Assembly: GCA_965198225.1 (NCBI GenBank)
Contig: CBDAOY010000007.1
Location: 896,001-960,000, forward strand
From: Terriglobia bacterium
Lineage (GTDB): Bacteria > Acidobacteriota > Terriglobia > 20CM-2-55-15
DNA length: 64,000 nt
Direction of reading: 5' to 3'
Position numbers and translations under genes: made by a program. Under the pieces are notes generated by a model. The model saw only the letters and a program-made list of their open reading frames with translations, was not told the origin of the DNA and made no database searches. This document shows positions 47,911-57,266 of the stretch, one piece after another (the stretch's first letter is position 1; every line of letters starts with the position of its first letter).

Positions 47911-48043
47911 TTGACAACCCCTCTCATAGAACATGCATGTAAAGTCGACTTGAACGAAGCCGCTGGCGCGGCGGACGCTACGCGTGTGCTGAGCGAAGAG
48001 TGATGAGCCCCCGATAGAGTGTGAGCCTCACAAGGAGGCTCAC

Positions 48044-48934
48044 ATGACGAAGCTGCGACAACGGATGCTGGAGGAACTCCAGCGCCGGAACTACTCACCC
48101 GCTACGATTCGGCTGTATCTTCACGCGGTCGAAGACTTCGCCCGCTACTTCGGGAAGTCCCCCGACAAGCTCGAACAGGAACAGATGCGGCAGTACCAGC
48201 TGCATCTGCTTCAGGAGCGCAAGCTCGCTGTCGACACCATCATCGGACGGATCGCCGCACTCCGGTTCTTCTACGTGAAGGTGCTTCGCCGTCCCTATCA
48301 CCAGGTCGATCTGGTCTATCCGAAACAGCCGTCCCGGTTGCCCACGATTCTGAGCGAAGAGGAAGTGGCGCAACTGCTGGCCTCCGCCAACAGTGCCTAT
48401 CACTTCGTCATCCTGATGACCTTGTATTCGACGGGACTGCGGCGGGCCGAGCTGTGTCGTCTGAAGGTCGAGGACGTCGATAGCGAACGCATGGTGATCC
48501 ATGTGAGGCAGGGTAAAGGCAATCGCGACCGCGACGTGCCGCTGTCACCGAAACTGCTGGAAGTCCTGCGCGACTACTGGCGTTGGCGGAAACCCGGCGA
48601 GTACCTCTTCCCCAGTTTGCTCCGGACCCGGCCCGGACAGCCCATCGATGTGAAGACGGTTTGGTACGCCGTCCAACAAGCCGCCCAACGTGCCGGCATC
48701 AAAAAGAAAGTATCCCCACATACGCTGCGCCACAGCTGGGCCACCCACCTGCTGGAGAGGGGAACCGACCTGCGAACCATCCAGCTCCTGTTGGGTCATG
48801 TCGATCTGGAAGCGACGACCCTCTATCTCCATTTGTCTCAGGCGCACATGCAGCGCGTGGTGAACCCGATCGATTCTCTTCCGGTTCCCGATCTGGGACC
48901 GTCTCCCCGTCTGAGAAAGAAGAAAGGCGAATGA
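48044..48934 (+). CDS. Tyrosine recombinase/integrase with N-terminal SAM-like domain
   Basis: MTKLRQRM...RNYS, TGLRRAE, GKG, HTLRH, LLGH and catalytic Y in TTLY; strong AGGAGG RBS. Confidence 0.93.
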   Translation: MTKLRQRMLEELQRRNYSPATIRLYLHAVEDFARYFGKSPDKLEQEQMRQYQLHLLQERKLAVDTIIGRIAALRFFYVKVLRRPYHQVDLVYPKQPSRLPTILSEEEVAQLLASANSAYHFVILMTLYSTGLRRAELCRLKVEDVDSERMVIHVRQGKGNRDRDVPLSPKLLEVLRDYWRWRKPGEYLFPSLLRTRPGQPIDVKTVWYAVQQAAQRAGIKKKVSPHTLRHSWATHLLERGTDLRTIQLLLGHVDLEATTLYLHLSQAHMQRVVNPIDSLPVPDLGPSPRLRKKKGE

Positions 48935-50100
48935 GCCGGCCCGCCGTCGAGGTGGCCGACATCGTCCGCGCCCGGGTTCGAGGTTTCCTCCAGCGTCACC
49001 GCCTCGGCATCCAGAAGCTCAAGGTCCTGCGCGCCATCCTGAACTGTCGTACTGCGGCTCTGGGTGGCCACATCGACCGGTGTGCCGATTGTGGCCGGGA
49101 GTCCGGAATCTCGTTCAACTCCTGCCGCAACCGCCACTGCCCGAAGTGTCAGACCCAGGCCCGACGACGGTGGCTCGAAGCACGAGAAGCCGAACTGCTG
49201 CCCACCCCCTACTTCCACGTCGTGTTCACCGTCCCGCACCAGTTCCATCCGTTCTTCTTCCACAACCCTGCCCTACTCTACAGCCTGCTGTTTCGCAGCG
49301 TGGCCGACACGATGATCGAGGTGGCGGCCAATCCGAAACGACTCGGCGCCCGGATCGGCTTCTTCGGCATCCTGCATACCTGGAGTCAGAACCTGGAGTT
49401 CCATCCCCACATCCACTGCGTGGTACCGGCCGGCGGACTGGCTCCGGATCAGTCCCGTTGGATTCCGGGTTCTGGGCGCTTCTTCCTCCCCAAGCAGGTG
49501 CTCGCCCGAGTCTTCCGTGGCAAGTTCATCGACGGGCTCGGGCGAGCGATCGCCGACGGTTCGCTCGAACTGTCCGGCTCGATTCGACCCTTCGGCGAAC
49601 CGCAACACTTTCGGCGGTTCCGCCGCCAGATCCATTCCCGCAACTGGGTCGTCTATATCAAACGACCCTTTGGTGGCCCCGAACAGGTGCTCCGCTACCT
49701 GGGCCGCTACACCCATCGGGTCGCCATCTCCAACCATCGATTGATCTCGTTTGACGGTAACCGGGTCCGGTTCCGTTGGCGGGATTACCGCAATGGCAAC
49801 AAGAGTCGCATCATGACACTCGCGGCCGACGAGTTCATCCGACGGTTCTTATTGCACGTTCTGCCGAAGGGCTTCGTCCGCATCCGACACTTCGGATTCA
49901 TGGCCAACTACCGCCGGTCGGCCGCCTTCGCTCTCTGTCGCCAACTCCTCGATGCCATGCCGAGGGTCGAATCTGACGAAACCACCACCTCGAACTCTTC
50001 CTGGTCGTGTCCGCACTGTCAGGGACCGATGACTCTCATCCAACGCTTCACCGCTCTGCAACTCGTAGCGAGGCTCGCCTTCCAATGCGATACGTCCTAA
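48931..50100 (+). CDS. IS91 family transposase (Zn-binding + Y2/HUH)
   Basis: CRTAALGG...CADC, SCRNRHCPKCQ, HPHIH and YLGRY. ATGA overlap with the integrase stop. Confidence 0.93.
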   Translation: MSRPAVEVADIVRARVRGFLQRHRLGIQKLKVLRAILNCRTAALGGHIDRCADCGRESGISFNSCRNRHCPKCQTQARRRWLEAREAELLPTPYFHVVFTVPHQFHPFFFHNPALLYSLLFRSVADTMIEVAANPKRLGARIGFFGILHTWSQNLEFHPHIHCVVPAGGLAPDQSRWIPGSGRFFLPKQVLARVFRGKFIDGLGRAIADGSLELSGSIRPFGEPQHFRRFRRQIHSRNWVVYIKRPFGGPEQVLRYLGRYTHRVAISNHRLISFDGNRVRFRWRDYRNGNKSRIMTLAADEFIRRFLLHVLPKGFVRIRHFGFMANYRRSAAFALCRQLLDAMPRVESDETTTSNSSWSCPHCQGPMTLIQRFTALQLVARLAFQCDTS

Positions 50101-50596
50101 TCCTCCTTCACAAACCGACGACCGACGTGCGGTTCAGCCACGTCCTCGCCGGAGTGTGCCTCCGCTGCAAAATCCCCTCAGATCCCGTCCTTTCAACCCA
50201 CCGATTCCCCGACCCAACTGCTTTCCGATTCACACCATCGACGCGGTCATCGACCGCCGGTCCCCCTCCTCGCCCCAACGCCACTCCAGATCCGGCCCGC
50301 TTCCGGCTACTTTCTCCATAGCCCACCGCGTCCGCCGCATTCGGCCAGCGCCCTCCTTCAAGTCTTGTTATCGAAACTGCCGCGGTGGGAACTTCTCGCT
50401 CATCCTGTGGCCGCGCTCGCCGCGGCACTTCCGATGAACGCTAACGACTTATCGGAGAAGTGGTTTCCGTCGCAGCTCCAGTTTCTTGCCCCCTCGTCGA
50501 CTCAACTTGACTCAACCACGGACGGCTTCTTTTGTCTGTTGCGCCTTTGCGCTTTTGGGTTGATCAACAGCCGTTCAATAGGCGGGATGCCACAGT

Positions 50597-51073
50597 TCAC
50601 TTGGAGTGGAACCAGTAGTCGACGCGCTGCCGGACGTGGTCGCGGTGCGTTCCCGGCCAATAAACGCGACTGCAGTCCGGGCAGGACTTGAACGATTTCT
50701 GAGTCTGGAAGACGTACGGAGGCACCCGGTCCTCGATGGCCTCCCGGGTTTCGGGATCCAGCGGCCGATTGCATTCCAGGCAGCGTGAGAACAACTCGAG
50801 CCGTTCGAGGTGCAGGGTTCCGATAACCTGCTCCATCTGGGCGTCGAGGTCCCCGCTTTCGATGAAGACATGTTTCCGGGCTTTGCGTCGCTCCAGCATA
50901 CGGACGTCGCGCGTGAGGATGACACGATCGTCCTCCAGCGCCCGGGCGACGATTTCCTGATCGGCGAAGACGTTGGAGTACAGAACGTCGTAGCCCAGGA
51001 TTCGGAGCCACCGTGCCAGCTTCCCGAGCATGACATCGGCTATGAACCGCGGCGGAATGGGCGGATCGGGCAT
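50597..51073 (-). CDS. Mut7-C RNase (PIN + Zn ribbon) domain protein
   Basis: FIADVMLGKLARWLRILGYD, LTRD, RCLECN and CPDCSRVYWPGTH. Confidence 0.92.
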   Translation of the reverse strand: MPDPPIPPRFIADVMLGKLARWLRILGYDVLYSNVFADQEIVARALEDDRVILTRDVRMLERRKARKHVFIESGDLDAQMEQVIGTLHLERLELFSRCLECNRPLDPETREAIEDRVPPYVFQTQKSFKSCPDCSRVYWPGTHRDHVRQRVDYWFHSK

Positions 51074-51179
51074 TGGTCGTTGACAACGTTCGGCGGACTC
51101 CGATACAACCGAAAGTTACTTCATTCGAGAGGGAGTTACCAGGACCAGCGGCCGAAGGAGACTGGGGCGAAAAGCAATC

Positions 51180-52337
51180 ATGAAAGAAACGGCAGAAGTT
51201 GCGATCATCGGCGGGGGCATCGTCGGGTTGAGTATTGCCTACCACCTGGCCGAGAGGGGGATGACAGACGTTGTTGTTCTCGAGAAGGAGGACATGGTTG
51301 GAACCGGTTCGACCGGGAGGTGTGCCGGGGGGTTCCGTTATCAGTTTTCGACCGAGGCCAACATCCGGCTGTCCATGCTCAGCGTGGGCAAGTTGCTGGC
51401 GTTCCAGGAGGAGATGGACCAGGAGCTGGACTTCCACCAGGACGGCTACCTGTTTCTGCTCGACAACGAGAAGGATGTCGAGGTTTTCAAGAAGAACATC
51501 CAGCTTCAGCGGCAGTTCGACATTCCTGTGGAATTGCTCCAGCCGGACGAGATTTCACGCGTGTTGCCGGACACCGAAGTGAACCTGGACGATATTCTCG
51601 CAGCCAGCTACTGCCCCTGGGACGGCGTGTCGGACCCCGCCGGCGTCACTGAAGGCTACCGCAAGAATGCCCTTCGACTGGGGACCCGTATAGAGACAGA
51701 CCAGGAGGTCGTCGGGATCGATATCGAAAACGGGCGCGTGCAGGGTGTCCGCACGAAGAACGGTCCGGTCTCCGCACGCTTCGTCATAAATGCGGCCGGA
51801 CCCTATGCCGGGGCGATCGGCCAGATGGCGGGTGTCGAGGTTCCAGTCGTGCCGCTGCGACGGTTCATCTGGACGACCAAGCCTTTCGAACACGTCCCAC
51901 CCCGCTGGACGCTCGTGATCGATTTTGCCACGGGCTTTTATTTCCACCGAGAGAGCGGAGGGGTTCTCTTCGGGATGGGGAATCGAGACGAAGGACCAAC
52001 CTTCGACCTGAGTGTCGACTGGGACTTCTTCGAGAAAGTGATGGAGATCGCGATTGACCGTTTTCCGCCGATCGGCGATACGGCGATCCACAAGTCCTGG
52101 GCGGGCAGCTACGAAACCTCGCCCGACGCCAATCCCATCCTCGGACGTGTCCCGGAGCTGGAAGGTTTCATCCTGGCCAACGGTTTCAGCGGCCACGGCT
52201 TCCAACACGCTGCCGGTGTCGGCCAGCTGATCGCCGAAGAAATCCTCGACGGCAAGGCATCGGCAGTGGATATCTCACCCTTCTCGATCGAACGTTTCGC
52301 TGCGGCCGGGACAGAAGTCGAACACGGAGTAGTTTAA
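51180..52337 (+). CDS. FAD-dependent oxidoreductase (DAO / sarcosine oxidase beta-like)
   Basis: IIGGGIVG, NAAGP, SPDANPILG and GFSGHG motifs. Confidence 0.92.
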   Translation: MKETAEVAIIGGGIVGLSIAYHLAERGMTDVVVLEKEDMVGTGSTGRCAGGFRYQFSTEANIRLSMLSVGKLLAFQEEMDQELDFHQDGYLFLLDNEKDVEVFKKNIQLQRQFDIPVELLQPDEISRVLPDTEVNLDDILAASYCPWDGVSDPAGVTEGYRKNALRLGTRIETDQEVVGIDIENGRVQGVRTKNGPVSARFVINAAGPYAGAIGQMAGVEVPVVPLRRFIWTTKPFEHVPPRWTLVIDFATGFYFHRESGGVLFGMGNRDEGPTFDLSVDWDFFEKVMEIAIDRFPPIGDTAIHKSWAGSYETSPDANPILGRVPELEGFILANGFSGHGFQHAAGVGQLIAEEILDGKASAVDISPFSIERFAAAGTEVEHGVV

Positions 52338-52347
52338 GAGGGAAGGG

Positions 52348-52426
52348 TTAACCACGGAGGCACGGAGGAGGAAGTTGTTTTCTGACAGAGTCTTTTTCTC
52401 CGCGTCTTCGTGCCTCCGTGGTTAAG
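52348..52426. repeat. Intergenic palindrome between convergent genes (possible terminator)
   Basis: TTAACCACGGAGGCACG...CGTGCCTCCGTGGTTAAG. Confidence 0.75.
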
Positions 52427-52444
52427 ATCCCGTCCGACCCGCCG

Positions 52445-53407
52445 CTAGGCCAGGATCTTGCGGAGTTGCTCGGCCGTCAGGTTGCCGCCGCTCATATCCA
52501 GGGCGACTTTCTTCCCCGCCAGCTGTTCCTTCATCTTGATGCAGCCGGCCATGGCTGCCGCACCGGCGCCTTCCGCGACGTTGTGGGTGTGGTCGAACAG
52601 TATCCGGATCGCGGAATAGAGTTCCTCGTCGGTCACGAGGACGAAGTCGTCCAGGCGATCGATGAGGATGCCGAGAGTCAATTCGAAGGCCTGACGCGTA
52701 GCCATTCCCTCGGCGAACGTCTCGCAGAGATCCGAAGAAAGGAGTTTGCGGGCCTTCCAGGATTCATACACGACAGGAGCGTGGGCGGACTGGACCCCGA
52801 TGACCCGGACATCGGGTTTGATGCTCTTGGCAGCGATCGCGACGCCGCTGGCACCGCTGCCGCCACCGACCGGCACCATGATGACGTCAACGTCCGGGGC
52901 GGCTTCGAGGATCTCCAGTCCCATCGTCCCGACGCCGGAGATCAGCAACGGTTCGTTGGCCGAGTGGATGTAGCGGTACCCGTGAGCTGCAGCCTCGGTT
53001 TCCACCCACTGCCGGGCCTCGTCGAAATCCTTTCCGTGAAACTCCACGCTGGCGCCGAGCGCCTCCATCGAGGCCACCTTGTCCGCATTGGCTCCTTCGG
53101 GCACCCCGATCACGGCGCGGACACCGAAGAGGCGCGCCGCGTACGCCACGGACTGTCCATGGTTGCCGGTCGACGCGGCAATGACCCCGGCCGCTCGCTC
53201 TTCGGGGCTCAGCTGCGAAATGAGATTGATTCCGCCGCGAACTTTGAACGCGCCGATAGGCTGATGGTTCTCGTGCTTCACGTGTATCTCGACACCCAGG
53301 AGCTCTGACAGGCGCGGATACTGGTGCAGGGGCGTGGGGTTCAGGTAGCGGGCGATAACCTTTCTGGCCTGAAGGATGTCGGGTAGAGTGGGTGCTGCTG
53401 TCATCAC
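52445..53407 (-). CDS. PLP-dependent threonine/serine dehydratase family protein
   Basis: KHENHQPIGAFKVRG, STGNHG, PVGGGSG and SGGN motifs. Confidence 0.92.
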   Translation of the reverse strand: MMTAAPTLPDILQARKVIARYLNPTPLHQYPRLSELLGVEIHVKHENHQPIGAFKVRGGINLISQLSPEERAAGVIAASTGNHGQSVAYAARLFGVRAVIGVPEGANADKVASMEALGASVEFHGKDFDEARQWVETEAAAHGYRYIHSANEPLLISGVGTMGLEILEAAPDVDVIMVPVGGGSGASGVAIAAKSIKPDVRVIGVQSAHAPVVYESWKARKLLSSDLCETFAEGMATRQAFELTLGILIDRLDDFVLVTDEELYSAIRILFDHTHNVAEGAGAAAMAGCIKMKEQLAGKKVALDMSGGNLTAEQLRKILA

Positions 53408-55362
53408 ATTCGTTTCGGTACTTCGATCCCCATCAGGTCCAGCGCCCTTGTCAGGCTTCGCCGGGAAAAATCCACGACCAGCAGGTAGAACAGGCGACGA
53501 TCCGCGTCAACCTCGGAGAGAATCCGATGCTTGTGGTAGAAAAGGCTGAACCCCTGCGCCACGGCGAAGGCGAACTTTGCCAGGGTTGCCGGCTCCATGG
53601 TCATGACCACTTGATCGGCGATCTCATCCAGACGACTGGCCGAATAGATGAGTTCCCAGATGTCGTCGTCCTCCAGGAACTCCGCCAGCCGGTCGCTCTC
53701 GAGAATCCCGTAGACGTGCTCTATGGAGAAGCCCTCGTCTGCCGCCTGGACGCGGTTGAAGATGTTGTTGGCGCGGACTGTTGCATACTGGATGTACGGC
53801 CCGGTTTCGCCGTCGAAGTTCAGAGCGTCGTCGAAATCGAACGCGATCACGGCCGTTCGAGTAAACCGGAGGAGGAAGTACCGTAGCGCTCCGACCGCGA
53901 TCTGCCGGGCGATTTCGGCCTGCTCCCCGGCGCTGAAGTCCGGGTTCCGTTTCCGGACCTCACCCAGAGCATCGCCCTCGAGCATGTCGAGCAAGTCGTC
54001 GGCTTTGACGCCCCGGCCTTTTCGGCCGGAGACTTCGACGTAGGGCTTCCTGCGGTCCTCGTCGGAAAGTTGGACCCCGAGTTGTGCCGCGCAGGCGGGA
54101 GTCAGCGCGACCATCTCGTATGAGAAGTGGATCGAATGGTCGGCTTCGGCGGCGAAGCCCAACGCCCGGACGCCCTGCTGCACGACTGTCTGAGGATAAG
54201 ACTGTCGAACATCGATGACGTTGTAGACAGCCTGGCCGCCGCCGAACTGAGGATGTTCCGCCTCACCCGACGCCGAGGTCGTCACCCAGACCGGCGCCCC
54301 GTCCGGGTGGGCTTCAAAGACCTCGTAGTTGAAATCCCGTTCCAGGAGACCGAGTTTCCAGAGTTGGTATGCGATGTCCTTCCCAACGTAGGTCACGGTG
54401 CCGTTCGAGCGCACGATGATCTTGTCCTCGTCCCCGGAATCCCCCTCGAGCCGCATGACCCAGCAGCCCTCGTTCTTACCGGTTTCCTCGAAGAAGATCG
54501 CCTTGCGGTCTTTCAGGAGCTCGAATGCACGATCCCAGAACTTCAGGTGCAGGATATCGCTCTCGCGGGGCAGGACATCGTAGCCCACGTTTATGCGACC
54601 CATCGTTGCGAGATGGCGCCGGACGATCTTCATCGCGACGGCTTCAGCCATCTCTGCCGTCTCGTTGTCCCCTTCTTCGATTTCCCTCAGCGTTTGTGCC
54701 CGAGTCTTGTGTTCTGGATCCTCATTCTCGTAGAAGTCCGCTGCCTTGGCGTAGAGGTCCCAGCAGTAGAAATCGAACTTTCGTCCCGGATGTTTGATAA
54801 GCGCTCGGACTTCGGCGAGGGATCGCTTCTCGATGTGGGTGAACCCCACGATCACGTCGGCCACCTGGACGCCGGTGTTGTCGATGTAGTTCTGGATTTC
54901 AACCTTGCGGCCTGCGAGTTGCAGGATACGGACGAAAGTGTCCCCGATCACCGCGTTTCGAAGATGTCCGACGTGCGCGGCCTTGTTGGGGTTGATGTTC
55001 GTGTGCTCGACGATCACTTTCCCGCCTGAATGGTCCAGTCCCTCGAATCGGCCCGTCCGGAACTCGTCCAGCGAGCCTCGGAGCGTCCTGGGCCGGTCGA
55101 GGAAAAAGTTGATGTAGCCCGGCCCCGCGATCTCGACTCTCTGAACCCCCTCGATTTGAAGCTTGGGCGACAGCTCTTCGGCGATCGCCCGCGGAGCTTT
55201 CTTCAGCTGCTTGGCAAGGCCGAGGCACAGCGGTGTCGCCAGTTCCCCGAACTCGGCCTTGGGGGTCTGGTTGAGGACGATTTCGGGAGTGTCGATATCC
55301 CACAGATTGCGGACCGCAGCGTCGACACCGGCCTTGATCCGCTCTTGGAGTCCCAACTGCAT
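53404..55362 (-). CDS. argS: Arginine--tRNA ligase
   Basis: AGPGYINF, EHTNINPNKAAHVGHLRN and GETGPYIQY; ends in PKRM. Confidence 0.96.
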   Translation of the reverse strand: MQLGLQERIKAGVDAAVRNLWDIDTPEIVLNQTPKAEFGELATPLCLGLAKQLKKAPRAIAEELSPKLQIEGVQRVEIAGPGYINFFLDRPRTLRGSLDEFRTGRFEGLDHSGGKVIVEHTNINPNKAAHVGHLRNAVIGDTFVRILQLAGRKVEIQNYIDNTGVQVADVIVGFTHIEKRSLAEVRALIKHPGRKFDFYCWDLYAKAADFYENEDPEHKTRAQTLREIEEGDNETAEMAEAVAMKIVRRHLATMGRINVGYDVLPRESDILHLKFWDRAFELLKDRKAIFFEETGKNEGCWVMRLEGDSGDEDKIIVRSNGTVTYVGKDIAYQLWKLGLLERDFNYEVFEAHPDGAPVWVTTSASGEAEHPQFGGGQAVYNVIDVRQSYPQTVVQQGVRALGFAAEADHSIHFSYEMVALTPACAAQLGVQLSDEDRRKPYVEVSGRKGRGVKADDLLDMLEGDALGEVRKRNPDFSAGEQAEIARQIAVGALRYFLLRFTRTAVIAFDFDDALNFDGETGPYIQYATVRANNIFNRVQAADEGFSIEHVYGILESDRLAEFLEDDDIWELIYSASRLDEIADQVVMTMEPATLAKFAFAVAQGFSLFYHKHRILSEVDADRRLFYLLVVDFSRRSLTRALDLMGIEVPKRM

Positions 55363-55413
55363 GAGCCGAACATCATAGCATTCAACCCGGAGGGACTCAG
55401 GCGAGGACAGGAT

Positions 55414-55920
55414 GTGGAAGACGCCTCGCGATTCCTAGTTGATCGCTTCCGAGGTCGCTTGATCGCCCACTTCCTCACCCACCGTTTTCAACATTCGGAT
55501 GCGGAAGATCTCGTGCAGGAGGTTTTTGATCGTGCGTTCAGAGGCATCGCCGGCCTGAGGGAAGAAAAGCTGTTCGAGGCCTGGCTTGCCCGGATCACGC
55601 GAAACGTTCGTAGCAGCGCGCAGACCTCCAGGCGAAGCAGGGTCGAAGGCTCCGAACCGGTCGAGGAAGTCGAGGTTGCGGCGAGCAACCCGGGGTCGGA
55701 CCCTCTGAGAACAGCCATCACGACGGACGAACTCGACCGCGTATGGCGCGCGGTGGACCGACTGCCCCCTCAGCAGCGGCAGTGCCTGCTCCTGAGGGCT
55801 GTCCGTGAGATGAGTTACGAAGAGATCGCAAAGGTTCTTCAACTCAGCGTCCGGACGGTTCGGAACCACTTGCACGAAGCTCGATCCAACCTGAAAAGTC
55901 AACTTCGAGACCAGCAATGA
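55414..55920 (+). CDS. ECF sigma-70 factor
   Basis: DAEDLVQEVF, FEAWLARI, LPPQQRQ and SYEEIA...TVRNHLHEAR. GTG start is estimated. Confidence 0.88.
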   Translation: MEDASRFLVDRFRGRLIAHFLTHRFQHSDAEDLVQEVFDRAFRGIAGLREEKLFEAWLARITRNVRSSAQTSRRSRVEGSEPVEEVEVAASNPGSDPLRTAITTDELDRVWRAVDRLPPQQRQCLLLRAVREMSYEEIAKVLQLSVRTVRNHLHEARSNLKSQLRDQQ

Positions 55921-56009
55921 GGTCGGCCCGCTTCTGATTCCCCGGGACCCGGATTGCGTCCCGACTCGGGTGTGGGATAGCATGATTGTTTGTCTTTTGC
56001 GGGTGAGAC

Positions 56010-57266
56010 GTGGTGAAGACCCTTTACTTTGATTGCTTTTCGGGAATCAGCGGCGACATGACCCTCGGTGCTCTGATCGACGTGGGTCTCGACTTCGACT
56101 ACCTTCGCGTCGAGCTCGGCAAGTTGCCCGTCGAGGGCTTCGATCTGCAGCTGTCCCGCGTCGAGCGGGCAAGCATCAGTGCGGCCAAATTCGATGTCCT
56201 GACTGAATCGGACGGAGGGCACCACCATCACGACGGGGACGACGGCGGGCACAGTCCGGGTCACTATCACCGCAAAGCGTCCGAGATCATCGACATGATC
56301 CGTGGCAGCGGGCTCGGTCCCGGCATTCGGAAACGGGCCGTGGAGATCTTCGAAAAACTTGCGATCTCGGAAGGGCAGGTTCACGATCTTCCCCCTGAGG
56401 ACGTCGAGTTCCACGAAGTGGGCGCGGTGGACTCGATCGTGGACGTCGTCGGGACGGCCATCGGCCTGGACGCGCTCGGAATCGAACAATTCCTGTGTTC
56501 GCCGATCAATGTGGGTGGAGGTTTCATCCACTGCCAGCACGGCTATTACCCCGTACCGGCCCCTGCGACGGCGAACCTGCTGAAGCATGCGCCGGTCTAT
56601 TCCAGGCACGTGGAGGCCGAGCTGGTCACGCCGACAGGCGCCGCGATCCTCGCCGCGACCATCGACCGATTCGGGCCCATGGACGGCTTCGAGATCGACC
56701 GGGTCGGCTACGGTGCCGGCACGAAGGAGTTCGATCAGTTTCCGAACTGTCTGCGTCTGTTCCTGGGCAAAGGGGAGACTGCCGTCGGGGACACCTTCGA
56801 GGATCGGATTGTCGTGATCGAAGCCAACATCGACGACATGAGTGCGGAGAACCTCGCATACGCCGCCGAACGGCTGCTGGCGGCCGGCGCGCTGGATGTC
56901 ATCACGATCCCGGTGCAGATGAAGAAAGGGCGGCCCGGCCATCTTCTCCAGGTTCTCGCGCCATCAGGCAGTGAGGAAGACCTTTCGCGGACCATGTTCG
57001 AGGAGACCACGACGATTGGAGTGCGGATGCGTCCGATGTCCAGAAGGGTTCTGGACAGGGAAACCGTCCGGGTGGAGACCGCTCAGGGCAGGGTGGACGT
57101 CAAGGTGTCCCGCTTCAACGGCAAGATCGTCAATGTCAGCCCGGAATACGAAGACTGTGCCAGGCTGGCGCGAGCGAGCGGACGACCGTTCAAAGACGTG
57201 CAGGCCGAAGTCCTGAAGAACTACGTCGAGAGACAACAAACAGGTGAGTCGAAAGAAAATGTCTGA
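56010..57266 (+). CDS. larC: Nickel-pincer cofactor biosynthesis protein LarC
   Basis: DCFSGISGDM, His-rich loop, FHEVGAVDSIVD, TPTGAA, MKKGRPG and PEYEDC. Confidence 0.93.
   Translation: MVKTLYFDCFSGISGDMTLGALIDVGLDFDYLRVELGKLPVEGFDLQLSRVERASISAAKFDVLTESDGGHHHHDGDDGGHSPGHYHRKASEIIDMIRGSGLGPGIRKRAVEIFEKLAISEGQVHDLPPEDVEFHEVGAVDSIVDVVGTAIGLDALGIEQFLCSPINVGGGFIHCQHGYYPVPAPATANLLKHAPVYSRHVEAELVTPTGAAILAATIDRFGPMDGFEIDRVGYGAGTKEFDQFPNCLRLFLGKGETAVGDTFEDRIVVIEANIDDMSAENLAYAAERLLAAGALDVITIPVQMKKGRPGHLLQVLAPSGSEEDLSRTMFEETTTIGVRMRPMSRRVLDRETVRVETAQGRVDVKVSRFNGKIVNVSPEYEDCARLARASGRPFKDVQAEVLKNYVERQQTGESKENV

Larger units (their letters stand above)
46372..47936 (+). mobile_element. IS110 family element (IS1111-like) with long 3' non-coding end
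   Basis: Sub-terminal IRs CTATAAGAGAGG (46378) / CCTCTCATAG (47920), TTGACA near the right end, and a DEDD recombinase gene. Ends uncertain by a few bp. Confidence 0.82.
47940..50372 (+). mobile_element. Tyrosine recombinase + IS91-like transposase unit with imperfect terminal inverted repeats
   Basis: Two coupled genes. Left TAAAGTCGACTTGAACGAAGCCGCTGGCGCGGCGGACGC pairs with right GCGTCCGCCGC..GCCAGCGCCCTCCTTCAAGTCTTGTTA. Confidence 0.75.

Noticed and set aside
48583-48930. N-terminal extension of the 505-aa IS91 ORF
   Set aside because: It overlaps the integrase in another frame. The real start is the coupled ATG at 48931.
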